Positions 9,923 through 19,187 of a DNA stretch of 64,000 bases are shown here, piece by piece. Every line of letters starts with the position of its first letter. Positions within the stretch are counted from its first letter, which is position 1. A program made the position numbers and the translations under genes. The notes beneath the pieces are model-generated. The model was given only the letters and a program-made list of their open reading frames with translations. It made no database searches and had not been told where the DNA came from. Source of the DNA: an uncultured Actinomycetota bacterium (GTDB lineage: Bacteria > Actinomycetota > Actinomycetes > Propionibacteriales > Nocardioidaceae); the NCBI GenBank assembly GCA_963782155.1, contig CAWAIZ010000001.1, positions 31,878-95,877 on the forward strand, in the 5' to 3' direction.

Positions 9923-11200
9923 TCAGGCCGACATCCCGGCGAGCAGGCTGCTGTCGAGGCGGCTGTCCCGGCGGTCGAGCCGGGCCTGCAGCCGCGCGCT
10001 CGCCTCCGCGAGGCGGCCGGCCCGGATCAGGACGTGGATGAGGGTGTCCTCGAAGACCTCGCGCTGGGCTCGCGAGCCGCCGACCTCCCACAACCGTGAC
10101 TCGAGCGGGAGCAGCGCGTGGGCCGCCTTGCCGTGGTCGCCCTCCACGAACGCCGCGAGCCCCTCGGACAGGCCAGGCAGGAGCTCCGCGGTGCCGGGCG
10201 CCTCGAACGTGCGCGCGTTGTGGCCGAAGCGGCGAAGGCCGTCGGCGTCGCCCGCGGTGGCCAGGGCCAGCGCGACGTGCACGCCGACGAACGCGAACGG
10301 CACGCCGTCCATGAACCCGCGCGCCAGCGTGCTCACCGGCGGTTGGTGCGGGTCGGTGCCGGGAGGTACATGCCCCTGCAGCTGGCAGCGCCAGAGCAGG
10401 GACGGGCCGTCGATGAGCATCCCGCCGGCGTTCGACCCGCCACAGTGCGGGTACCGCTCGAGGGCGCCGTCCGCGTCGCCCACCTCGAGTGCATGCAGGG
10501 CGGAGTGCCAGACCATGTGGCCGTAGAAGGTGGCCTCGCGGTCCGAGCGCGTGAGCCAGTCGTCCAGCCAGGTCAGGCCGTTCGCGTGGTCGCCGGCCTC
10601 GAAGTACACGTGCGACATCGGGTGCCCGCCCGCGAAGCCGGTCGGGTCGAGCTCGAGGGACCGGGTGGCCAGCCGGTGGCAGAGATCGAGGTCGCCGTGG
10701 TCCTGCGCGGACATCGCCTGGAACCCGAGCAGCATCGGGTCCTCGCCCACCACGTCCAGCGACTGCTGGATGCGCCGGTCGGCCTCGGTCTCGCCCGCCG
10801 GGTCAGTGCTCATGATGAGGGCGAACGCCGCCACGGTCAGGCCCATCAGGTCGGCGGGGTACGTGTCGTGGTGGGCCTGCCACTGCGCCTGCGTGCCCCA
10901 CATGCCGTCGTCGACGAGCGCCCGGGTGGCGGCCACGAAGGACCGTTCCCACGGGTGGGTGGCCCGACCGTCCTCGGCGGCCTTCGCCTCGGCCTGCGCG
11001 TCGAGGTCCGCCCCGAACGACCCCCACACCGCCGCCATCGCCCGCCCCACGGCGAATCCTGGGTCCTGCTCGGTCACCTCGCGCAGCCGCTCGACGTCCC
11101 CGGACCGCTGGTCGTGGAAGCGGCGCAGGGCCTCGCCGTACGTCGGGGCCACCTCGGCCGCGCACGACAGCGGCAGCCCCCACGGGTCCGTGACGGTCAT
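9923..11200 (-). CDS. Tetratricopeptide repeat protein (TTC38-like)
   Basis: Helical repeat pattern; GHPMSHVYFE, HMVWHSALHALE, GGSRAQREVFEDTL resemble the TTC38 family. Confidence 0.7.
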   Translation of the reverse strand: MTVTDPWGLPLSCAAEVAPTYGEALRRFHDQRSGDVERLREVTEQDPGFAVGRAMAAVWGSFGADLDAQAEAKAAEDGRATHPWERSFVAATRALVDDGMWGTQAQWQAHHDTYPADLMGLTVAAFALIMSTDPAGETEADRRIQQSLDVVGEDPMLLGFQAMSAQDHGDLDLCHRLATRSLELDPTGFAGGHPMSHVYFEAGDHANGLTWLDDWLTRSDREATFYGHMVWHSALHALEVGDADGALERYPHCGGSNAGGMLIDGPSLLWRCQLQGHVPPGTDPHQPPVSTLARGFMDGVPFAFVGVHVALALATAGDADGLRRFGHNARTFEAPGTAELLPGLSEGLAAFVEGDHGKAAHALLPLESRLWEVGGSRAQREVFEDTLIHVLIRAGRLAEASARLQARLDRRDSRLDSSLLAGMSA

Positions 11201-11224
11201 GTGAACACGGTAGCTACTCGGCTC

Positions 11225-11866
11225 TCACCCCAGACCCGCCTCGCGTGCACGCAACGCGGCGGCGGTCCGATCCGGGACCTGGAGCTTGGCCAGCACTTGA
11301 GAGACGTGGTTGCGGACGGTCTTCTCCGACATGCCCAGACGGCGTGCGATCTCGTGGTTGCGGGCACCGGAGGCGAGCACCTCCAGCACCTCCAGCTCGC
11401 GGGGCGTCAGGTCGGGGAAGGCACGCTCGGCGGACGAGTCGGTGGCACCGGCGTAGAAGCCGACGATGCGGCGCGCGACCGACGCGCCGTACACCGCCTC
11501 CCCGCTGGCCACGGAGTGCACCGCCCGGAGGATCTCCTCGCCGTCTGAGCCCTTCACCAGGTAGCCCATCGCACCGGCTCGCAAGGCGGCGAAGACGTGC
11601 TCGTCGTCCTCGTGCATCGTCAGCACCAGCACGGGGAGGGCGGGGCGCAGCTCGAGGAGTCGGCGGGTGGCCGCCACGCCGTCGAGCGACGGCATCGAGA
11701 GATCCGTGACCACCACGTCGGGCTCGTGCTCCAGCACCGCCGAGAGCAGCGCCTCCCCGTCGCCGACCGAAGCGACGACGTCGACCGACTCGGCCTGGTC
11801 CAGCACCGCGGACAGGCCGTAGCGGTACATCGGGTGGTCGTCGGCCAGCACGAGTCTCAGTGTCAT
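11225..11866 (-). CDS. NarL/LuxR-family response regulator
   Basis: LADDHPMYR, VVVTDLSMP, GYLVKG, LTPRELEVL...SEKTVRNHVS. Confidence 0.95.
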   Translation of the reverse strand: MTLRLVLADDHPMYRYGLSAVLDQAESVDVVASVGDGEALLSAVLEHEPDVVVTDLSMPSLDGVAATRRLLELRPALPVLVLTMHEDDEHVFAALRAGAMGYLVKGSDGEEILRAVHSVASGEAVYGASVARRIVGFYAGATDSSAERAFPDLTPRELEVLEVLASGARNHEIARRLGMSEKTVRNHVSQVLAKLQVPDRTAAALRAREAGLG

Positions 11867-13857
11867 CGCGTCCTCACCGCCGCCCCGGCCAGCGGCAGCA
11901 CGGCGTCGACGGCGGTGCCTCGCGGTGTCGCCGGCCCGATGGTGACGGTGCCGCCCAGGTCCGATGCCCGCCGGCGCATCGATTCCACCCCGTGGCCGGG
12001 GCCGGCGGTCGCGCCCGGCCCGTTCCCGTCGTCGACGACGGCGATCCGCAGGTGGCCGTCCGCGCGGGCGAGCGTGACCGCGCAGTGCCGGGCACCGGCG
12101 TGACGGGCGACATTGGTCAACGACTCCGCGACGATCCGGAACGCCGCCTCTTCCACCGCAGGCGCAAGGTCCGGCAGAGGCTCGGTCCGCAGCTCGAAGG
12201 TCGGTCCGCGGGACGTACCCATCCCCAGCGAGCGAGCGGTGTCCCGCACCGCGCCGGGCAGGTCGTGCAGGTCGAGCGCGCCGGGCCGCAACCCGTCGAG
12301 GACGCGCCGGATCTCGCGCACGGCTGCTTCCGCCTCCTCCCGGGTCCTCTGCAGCAGGGGCGCGACCGCCGAGGGGTCGGCCGCCAGGGCCCCGGAGGCG
12401 GCTTCGAGTCCCAGCGCGATGCCGGACAAGGAGGGACCGAGCCCGTCGTGCAGGTCGCGCCGCAGCCGGTCGCGCTCGCTTGAAGTGGCGGCCGCGACCC
12501 GGGTGCGTTCCTGCGCGAGCTCGCGGGTCAGCGCCTGCGAGCGCAGCACGACCGCCAGGTGTGGCGCCAGCACGCTCGCCATCCGGAGGTCGGCCTCGGC
12601 GACCCGGGACTGCTCCGACCGCGGCCCGATGGTCAGTCTGCCCAGGTCCTCGCCCGCGTGTCGGAGGGGCAGCACGCCGGCTCCCGGCTCCGGCTCTCCC
12701 ACGACGGCGAGCAGGACCCCGTCGGGTCCGCCGACCGCGGCGTACGACGAGCCGGTCGCGGACGCGACCGCCTCCAGCATCGCTGCCACCGGGTCCTCGT
12801 GGGCGACCTCGAGACCCGATCCGACCCGGTCCACCACGCCCAGCGGGTCGGCTGGCCGACCCCGCACGAGTCGGTCGACCAGGATCCGCAGCCTGCTCGC
12901 CACCGGGATCACCAGCACGGCGACGACCGCCGAGGACAGCAGCAGCGGCAGTGGGCCGTCCGGTGTCAGCCGGGCCAGGAGCGTCGTCAAGCCGCCCACG
13001 ACCAGGGCGACGAGCAGCGTGAGCGGGACGTACAAGAGGGTGCGGCGAAGCACCAGCTCGATGCCGAGCAGGCGGTACCGCAGGACGCCCACGGTCACCG
13101 CGACGGGGACCAGCGCATAGACGAGTGCGAACAACGCACGCGGTCCCCCGAAGACCGTGCCGAGCATCGCCACCACCACCGCCAACAGCCACAGCAGCTG
13201 CTGGCGCTCGGGGCGGACCGCCCGGACCACCCGCACGACCGTTCCGATCACGACACTCAGGACGGACGCCACGAGCAGCACGACGACGGGGATCCCCAAC
13301 ACCGGTCCCAGCCAGTGCGGCGGCTCCCACGGCACCTCGGCGTCGCGCACGGTGTCGCTCACGGCTCCGGCCGCGGCTACGACGACCATCGCCAGGGCGA
13401 TGCCCGCGAGCGCCACGCGGACGTGCCAGCGCCAGTACCGCGACGGCGGCGAGCCGGTCGGGTACACCGAGGGCAGCACCAGCGCCGGCAGCAGGAGCGA
13501 CGGGAACCAGGTGAACGACGCGACCCATGCCGCCGCCAGGCCGAGCGGCAGCGAGCCGTCCGGATCCGTCAGGGCACGCGTGCCGTAGGCGTCGGCCGCG
13601 ACGTTGGTGACCTGGAGCAGCCCGGACACCAGCAGCAGCCAGCCGATGGCGTTGGCCGGACGCAGTTGCACGAGCACGGCGCCGCAGAGCACGAACGCCG
13701 GGACCACCACGGCTACGAGCCAGTTGGGTCCCGAGCCGACCACGTCCGGTCGCTGGTAGATGTCCCCGGACACCGAGAACGGCACGCTCACCAGCTCGGC
13801 CAAGGCCAGCCCCGCGAGCGCCCAGCCACCGATGCGCAGCGTGTGCGGGTCAGGCAT
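11863..13857 (-). CDS. Membrane sensor histidine kinase (HisKA_3)
   Basis: N-terminal TM bundle; RRDLHDGLGPSL H-box; ESLTNVARHA, DDGNG, GHGVESM. Confidence 0.93.
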   Translation of the reverse strand: MPDPHTLRIGGWALAGLALAELVSVPFSVSGDIYQRPDVVGSGPNWLVAVVVPAFVLCGAVLVQLRPANAIGWLLLVSGLLQVTNVAADAYGTRALTDPDGSLPLGLAAAWVASFTWFPSLLLPALVLPSVYPTGSPPSRYWRWHVRVALAGIALAMVVVAAAGAVSDTVRDAEVPWEPPHWLGPVLGIPVVVLLVASVLSVVIGTVVRVVRAVRPERQQLLWLLAVVVAMLGTVFGGPRALFALVYALVPVAVTVGVLRYRLLGIELVLRRTLLYVPLTLLVALVVGGLTTLLARLTPDGPLPLLLSSAVVAVLVIPVASRLRILVDRLVRGRPADPLGVVDRVGSGLEVAHEDPVAAMLEAVASATGSSYAAVGGPDGVLLAVVGEPEPGAGVLPLRHAGEDLGRLTIGPRSEQSRVAEADLRMASVLAPHLAVVLRSQALTRELAQERTRVAAATSSERDRLRRDLHDGLGPSLSGIALGLEAASGALAADPSAVAPLLQRTREEAEAAVREIRRVLDGLRPGALDLHDLPGAVRDTARSLGMGTSRGPTFELRTEPLPDLAPAVEEAAFRIVAESLTNVARHAGARHCAVTLARADGHLRIAVVDDGNGPGATAGPGHGVESMRRRASDLGGTVTIGPATPRGTAVDAVLPLAGAAVRTR

Positions 13858-13887
13858 ACCAGCAGTGTGGACCGGTCCGGGCGTGCT

Positions 13888-13948
13888 GTCCCGGGTCCGC
13901 CGTCCCGGGTCGCCCGGGCAGATCTCCGGGCCGACCCGCGATCTCCGG
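13888..13948. promoter_or_regulatory. Candidate response-regulator operator (two pairs of direct repeats) in divergent promoter
   Basis: GTCCCGGGTC at 13888 and 13902; GATCTCCGG at 13921 and 13940. Confidence 0.3.
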
Positions 13949-14015
13949 CCGATGCGGGACCGACCGGCCCCTGGTGCGCTGGGCGTGCCACGTCACCCCG
14001 ACCGAGAGGAACGCC

Positions 14016-14477
14016 ATGACCACCATCTCCCAGACCCGGCCCAGGAGCCGGGAGCTGTCCCAACCGCTGACCGCCGCCGTGACCGGAGCCGCGATCTTCG
14101 CCGCCGCGATGACCGTCGGCGAGGTCTTCGACCTCAACTCCGACTCGGGCGGGTCCTCGTCCACGAGCTGGAGCGACATCGCCGCGTACGCCGGCCTGGT
14201 GCTCGTCGCCGTGGTGCTGGCCACCTGGCTCGGCACGCGCGCCCGGAGGGCGACCCCGGACCGGATGGCGCGCTGGGCGCTCGGCTTGGCCCTGGCATCG
14301 GCTGTCACCTTCGTCGCGTTCTGGAGCGGCTGGCCGCACGTGCTGGGCGCCGTGGCCGTCGTGACCGCGCTCGAGCACCGGCGTCGCGTCGGCGGGTTCG
14401 GCGCGCTGACCGGGACCGCCGCCGGTCTCGGCGCGGTGACCCTGGTCGCGTCCGCCTTCATCTGCGTCGTCGGCTGA
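14016..14477 (+). CDS. Small multi-pass membrane protein
   Basis: GAGAGGAA SD before ATG; four or more hydrophobic segments. Confidence 0.75.
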   Translation: MTTISQTRPRSRELSQPLTAAVTGAAIFAAAMTVGEVFDLNSDSGGSSSTSWSDIAAYAGLVLVAVVLATWLGTRARRATPDRMARWALGLALASAVTFVAFWSGWPHVLGAVAVVTALEHRRRVGGFGALTGTAAGLGAVTLVASAFICVVG

Positions 14478-14478
14478 G

Positions 14479-14997
14479 GTGGCGACGATGCGCACACGCC
14501 GCTTTCTCGCCCTCGCCGGCGCCATCATGTGTGCCGGCCTCGTCTCGTCACCCGCAGACGCGGCCGGGGCCCAGCACCTCACCATCCCTGAGGTGTTCGA
14601 CGGCGCCGAGCACTTCGCGGCCGGCGAGCAGGCGTGCGTCTCCTGGGCCGGAACCTTCCACGAGGTCCGGAACGGGGCCTACGACATCGTGGTTCCGCCC
14701 GGCGGCCGGGTGAGCGGCGAGGCCCACGTCAACGGCGCCGTCGACGGCTTCGTCGAGCTGGTGCCCGACGACCCGGCGCTCCCGACGTACACCGGTCACT
14801 ACCGCGAGAAGGTGAACGGCGTCCTCGTGGGCACCGACACCGACGGCAACGACGTCCTCCGCGTCGCGCACTACGCGTTGTCCAGCACGTTGTCAGGCTC
14901 GGACGGGTCGTCGCTGCGGCTGCGGCTGAGCGGGCACATCGCCGTCGACGCCCGCGGGCGCGTCGTGGTCGCTCGCGACGAGCTGAGCTGCGGGTAG
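14479..14997 (+). CDS. Secreted hypothetical protein
   Basis: RTRRFLALAGAIMCAGLVSSPADA signal peptide; start GTG 14479 or ATG 14488. Confidence 0.7.
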   Translation: MATMRTRRFLALAGAIMCAGLVSSPADAAGAQHLTIPEVFDGAEHFAAGEQACVSWAGTFHEVRNGAYDIVVPPGGRVSGEAHVNGAVDGFVELVPDDPALPTYTGHYREKVNGVLVGTDTDGNDVLRVAHYALSSTLSGSDGSSLRLRLSGHIAVDARGRVVVARDELSCG

Positions 14998-15000
14998 CCC

Positions 15001-15306
15001 TCAGACGAGGTGCACGACGACGCCGTCTCCCGCGAACTCCCGCAGGGCGGCGGCGTCGGCGTCCGTGAGCACACCCTCGCCACCCATCACCACGACGGCC
15101 TCGAGGCCGCGGGAGCCCGAGGAGACGGCCATGGCGATGCAGACGCCCACGGCGGAGACCTGCAGCGAAGGCAGGTCGACCGAGGCGGCGGCGTACGTGC
15201 GGCCGTCGAGGTCGCGGATCGCGGCCGCCTCCGGTGCGCCCGTCCGCGCGCGGGTGGCGCGGGCCAGCGTCACGAGCTTGGCGTCCTCGGGAGACAGCTC
15301 AGTCAT
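15001..15306 (-). CDS. Cytidine deaminase-like protein (Rv2365c-type, no recognisable Zn motifs)
   Basis: AAIRDLDGRTYAAASV...AMAVSSG fold pattern; conserved position after the hemolysin gene; lacks HAE and PCGxC. Confidence 0.8.
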   Translation of the reverse strand: MTELSPEDAKLVTLARATRARTGAPEAAAIRDLDGRTYAAASVDLPSLQVSAVGVCIAMAVSSGSRGLEAVVVMGGEGVLTDADAAALREFAGDGVVVHLV

Positions 15307-16591
15307 CGTCCGCAGCCCCGGTCACGGGGACGGAGCTCACCAGCACCGTCTCGATGCGGTTGCGGCGGCCGGTGGCCTGTTCGGCCTCGAAGCGCAGTCC
15401 GTGGGCCTCGACGGCCGAGCCGGGGATCGGGACCCTGCCGAGGTGCTTGGCCATCAGGCCGAGCACGGAGTCGACGTCGTCGTCCTCGACGTCGATGCCG
15501 AAGAGCTCGTCGAGGTCGTCGATGGGGTACCGCGACGAGACGCGGACTGCGTCGTCCGAGAGCCGCTCGACGTCGACCTGCTCACGGTCGTACTCGTCGG
15601 TGATCTCCCCGACGATCTCTTCCAGGAGGTCCTCGATGGTGACCAGGCCGGCCGTCCCGCCGTACTCGTCCACCACGACGGCGATGTGCTGCCGGTTGGC
15701 CTGCATCTCCGAGAGCAGCGTGTCGACGCGCTTGGAGTCCGGCACGAAGAACGCCGGCCGCATCACCTCGTCGATGCGCTGGGTGAGCTCGACGTCGGGG
15801 GCCTCGAAGTCGCGGCGCACGGTGTCCTTGAGGTAGGCGATGCCGACGACGTCGTCGAGGTTCTCATCGACCACCGGCACGCGGGAGAAGCCGCTGCGCA
15901 GGAACAGCGACATCGTCTGGCGCAGGTTCTTGTACCGCTCGATGTAGACCACGTCGCCGCGCGGCACCATCACCTCGCGGACGATCGTGTCGCCGAACTC
16001 GAAGACCGAGTGGATCAGCTTCCGATCGCCCGACTCGATCACGGCGGACGCCTCGGCGAGGTCCACCAGCTCGCGCAGCTCGGTCTCGGTGGAGAACGGG
16101 CCCTCGCGGAACCCACGGCCCGGCGTGATCGCGTTGCCGATGACGATGAGCAGACGCGGGATGGGGCCGAGCACGGTGGTCACCCACGAGATGGGGCCGG
16201 CCGTGGCGAGCGCGACCCGCTGGGAGTGCTGGCGGCCCAGGGTTCGTGGCGCGACGCCGATGACCACGAACGAGACCAGCGTCATCACGCCGATCGAGGT
16301 GGCGAGGGACGACCAGAACGCGCCGTCGTAGGCATCCCGCACCAGCTGGGTGACGATCACGATCGCCGCGATCTCGCACAGCAGCCTCATCAGCAGGGCG
16401 GTGTTCAGGTACCTCGGGGCGTCGTCGAGCAGCACCAGCAGGCGCCGGGCGCCGGCGCGGCCATCCGCGACCAGCTCCTGGGCGCGGGCGCGGGAGAACG
16501 ACGCGAGGGCGGCGTCCGCGGCCGAGAAGACACCCGCGAGGACGACGAAGGCCGCCGCCGTCACCAGGAGCCAGAAGTCGGCTGAGCTCAC
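15299..16591 (-). CDS. Hemolysin family / CNNM-CBS-CorC domain protein
   Basis: N-terminal TM DUF21; VREVMVPR, GFSRVPV, VVDEYGGTAGLVTIEDLLEEIVGEITDEYD; GTGA overlap with ybeY. Confidence 0.93.
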   Translation of the reverse strand: MSSADFWLLVTAAAFVVLAGVFSAADAALASFSRARAQELVADGRAGARRLLVLLDDAPRYLNTALLMRLLCEIAAIVIVTQLVRDAYDGAFWSSLATSIGVMTLVSFVVIGVAPRTLGRQHSQRVALATAGPISWVTTVLGPIPRLLIVIGNAITPGRGFREGPFSTETELRELVDLAEASAVIESGDRKLIHSVFEFGDTIVREVMVPRGDVVYIERYKNLRQTMSLFLRSGFSRVPVVDENLDDVVGIAYLKDTVRRDFEAPDVELTQRIDEVMRPAFFVPDSKRVDTLLSEMQANRQHIAVVVDEYGGTAGLVTIEDLLEEIVGEITDEYDREQVDVERLSDDAVRVSSRYPIDDLDELFGIDVEDDDVDSVLGLMAKHLGRVPIPGSAVEAHGLRFEAEQATGRRNRIETVLVSSVPVTGAADDD

Positions 16592-17037
16592 CGGGATCGC
16601 CACTGGGCGAGCAGGTCGTCCTGCAGCCCGAACATCACGGTGTGGTCCTCGGGCTCGGCGTGGTCGTACCCGAGCAGGTGCAGGATCCCGTGCACCGTGA
16701 GCAGTTCGATCTCGGCGTCCTTGCCGTGCCCGGCGGTCTCGCCCTGCCGCTCCGCGATGGCCGGGCAGAGGACCAGGTCGCCGAGCACACCCTCCACGGG
16801 GTCCTCGTTGACCAGGCCCGGGCGCAGCTCGTCCATCGGGAAGGCGAGCACGTCGGTCGGGCCTTCCTTCTCCATCCATTGCTGGTTGAGCTCGGCGATG
16901 GTCGCCTCGTCGACGGCCTTGATGCACAGCTCGGCCTGCGGGTGCACGCGCATCACGTCCAGCACGAACCGGCTCAACCGGGCGAGCTCGCGCACGTCGA
17001 GCTCCTGGCCCGACTCGTTGAGCACCTCGATGCTCAT
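16588..17037 (-). CDS. ybeY: rRNA maturation RNase YbeY
   Basis: GPTDVLAFP, LGDLVLC, HGILHLLGYDH. Confidence 0.96.
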   Translation of the reverse strand: MSIEVLNESGQELDVRELARLSRFVLDVMRVHPQAELCIKAVDEATIAELNQQWMEKEGPTDVLAFPMDELRPGLVNEDPVEGVLGDLVLCPAIAERQGETAGHGKDAEIELLTVHGILHLLGYDHAEPEDHTVMFGLQDDLLAQWRSR

Positions 17038-17051
17038 GGGTGCTTCCTCAC

Positions 17052-18110
17052 TCACCGGCGTTCGCGGTGATCGCGTTGGACCGCGACCTCGTTGCGGGCG
17101 TCGAACTCGTCGTACGCCGCCACGATCTTGCCCACGAGCCGGTGCCGCACCACGTCATGCGCGGTCAGCCGCTGGAAGGACACGTCCTCGATCCCGTCGA
17201 GGATCCCCTCCACGACCTTGAGTCCGGACTTCACGCCACCGGGCAGGTCGACCTGCGTCACGTCGCCGGTGACGACGATCCGCGAGCCGAAGCCGAGCCG
17301 GGTGAGGAACATCTTCATCTGCTCCGGCGAGGTGTTCTGCGCCTCGTCGAGCACGATGAAGGAGTCGTTCAGGGTCCGGCCACGCATGTAGGCCAGCGGC
17401 GCGACCTCGATGGTGTTCGCGGCCAGCAGCTTCGGGATCGACTCGGGGTCGATCATGTCGTGCAGCGCGTCGTAGAGCGGGCGCAGGTAGGGGTCGATCT
17501 TCTCGCTGAGCGTGCCGGGAAGGAACCCGAGACGCTCGCCGGCCTCGACCGCGGGCCGGGTCAGGATGATCCGGTTGACCTTCTTGGCCTGCAGCGCCTG
17601 CACGGCCTTGGCCATCGCGAGGTACGTCTTGCCGGTACCGGCCGGGCCGATGCCGAAGGTGATCGTGTGCTTGTCGATCGAGTCGACGTACCGCTTCTGG
17701 TTCAGCGTCTTCGGGCGGATCGAGCGACCACGGTTGCTCAGGATGTTGAGGCTGAGCACGTCGGCCGGGCGCTCGGTCGTCTCGGCGCGCAGCATCGCGA
17801 GCACGCGCTCGACGGTCTCGACCGTGACGCCCTGGCCGGTGCGGATGATGGTGACGAGCTCGTCGAGGAGCCGCTCCGCAAGAGCGATCTCACCGGGCTC
17901 GCCGGTGAGCGTGACCTGGTTGCCCCGCACGTGGACGTCGGCGCTGAACGCCCGCTCCAGCACGGCGAGGTGCTCGTCGCCGGGACCCAGGAGGCTGACC
18001 ATGTTGATGCTGTTCGGGACGACGACCACGTGCTTGGTGCTGGCGGCCGGTTGGGCGGCCTTCTCGACCTGCGGCTGGTTGTCGTCCACGCGCTGGTGGC
18101 TGTCGGTCAT
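17052..18110 (-). CDS. phoH: PhoH family ATPase
   Basis: [48 protein letters not shown]. Confidence 0.96.
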   Translation of the reverse strand: MTDSHQRVDDNQPQVEKAAQPAASTKHVVVVPNSINMVSLLGPGDEHLAVLERAFSADVHVRGNQVTLTGEPGEIALAERLLDELVTIIRTGQGVTVETVERVLAMLRAETTERPADVLSLNILSNRGRSIRPKTLNQKRYVDSIDKHTITFGIGPAGTGKTYLAMAKAVQALQAKKVNRIILTRPAVEAGERLGFLPGTLSEKIDPYLRPLYDALHDMIDPESIPKLLAANTIEVAPLAYMRGRTLNDSFIVLDEAQNTSPEQMKMFLTRLGFGSRIVVTGDVTQVDLPGGVKSGLKVVEGILDGIEDVSFQRLTAHDVVRHRLVGKIVAAYDEFDARNEVAVQRDHRERR

Positions 18111-18208
18111 GGATGCCCGGGCGGGCGGCCTCTCTCGTCGGTGATGGTGCTGGTGGAACGGCTTTCCATGCTACGGGAGCACACCGCCCGGCCCCACCCG
18201 TTTGGCCG

Positions 18209-18919
18209 TCAGCCGTCCTCGGGCCGGGCGTAGGCCTCGGTCGCGACCCAGGCGCGGAACCGATCCAGCCCGACCGCGGACACCAGGCCCGCGGTCTGCG
18301 ACTCCTGGAGCAGCAGGGCCCGGACCTTTCGGTCGAGCCAGCGCTCGGGCAGCGGGAGCAACAGGTCGATCCGGTCGTCGGGCAGCGTCCGCGGAAGACC
18401 GAGCTCGAAGACGCCGAAGTCGTCGTCGAGAGCAGGGTCGACAGCTTGTTCCCGCCGGACGGCATGCAGCAGCCGGACGCCGGTACCGGTGACAGCAAGG
18501 TCCACCCACCGGCTGACGGCCTGGTGATCAGGGTGACCGGTGAACCCGTCCGGGCCGAAGGTCACCACGGTGTCCGGTCGCACGTCCTCGGCGATCGTCC
18601 GGATCCGGGCAGCCGCCTCGCCTGCGTCGACCGCCGCGCAACCGCCGTCGGGATGGTCGAGCCAGTGGTGCTCGGTGACCCCGAGCACCGCCAGCGCCGC
18701 CTCCAGCTCCGCGCTCCGGATCGAGGCAAGGTCCGGATCCGTGCCGCCCGCCTCGCCCCGCGTCGCGGTCACGCACACCACGCGGTGCCCGGCGTCGCTC
18801 AGCGCCGCGGACAGCCCGCCCACGAGGTAGGTCTCGTCGTCCGGGTGCGCCCAGACGGTCAGGAGGGTGCCCAAACCGTCCAGCAGGCGGCCCAGCAGGT
18901 CGGTGGTCGGCTCCGTCAT
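18209..18919 (-). CDS. PIG-L/LmbE family deacetylase
   Basis: AHPDDE, ATRGEAG, GFTGHPDH motifs. Confidence 0.9.
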   Translation of the reverse strand: MTEPTTDLLGRLLDGLGTLLTVWAHPDDETYLVGGLSAALSDAGHRVVCVTATRGEAGGTDPDLASIRSAELEAALAVLGVTEHHWLDHPDGGCAAVDAGEAAARIRTIAEDVRPDTVVTFGPDGFTGHPDHQAVSRWVDLAVTGTGVRLLHAVRREQAVDPALDDDFGVFELGLPRTLPDDRIDLLLPLPERWLDRKVRALLLQESQTAGLVSAVGLDRFRAWVATEAYARPEDG

Positions 18920-18949
18920 GGAGCCAGCCTGGCGGGTGCGGCGTCCTCA

Positions 18950-19160
18950 GGCACCGTTTCCGGCCTCCAGACGGTGGCAGGCTCACCGCCACCCTGGCTC
19001 GGCCCCGGCAGCGGTGAGCTACCCACCGTTTCCGACCCCAGACGGTGGCTGGCTCACCGCCACCCCGGACCCGCGCACCCCTGACACCCACGAGCGGTGA
19101 GCTACCCACCGTTCCCGACCACCAGACGGTGGCTGGCTCACCGCCACCCCGGACCGCGCA
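18950..19160. repeat. BIME/REPIN-like array of alternating inverted repeats
   Basis: CAGACGGTGGCWGGCTCACCGCCACCC at 18968, 19039, 19123 alternating with its imperfect inverse AGCGGTGAGCTACCCACCGTT at 19010, 19093. Confidence 0.8.
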
Positions 19161-19187
19161 CGGCCCGGCCCGGCCCGGCAGCGAGCC

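Noticed and set aside
18950-19160. Mini-CRISPR (conserved repeats with variable linkers)
   Set aside because: Repeats alternate in orientation and linkers are short and irregular, which is a BIME/REP pattern.
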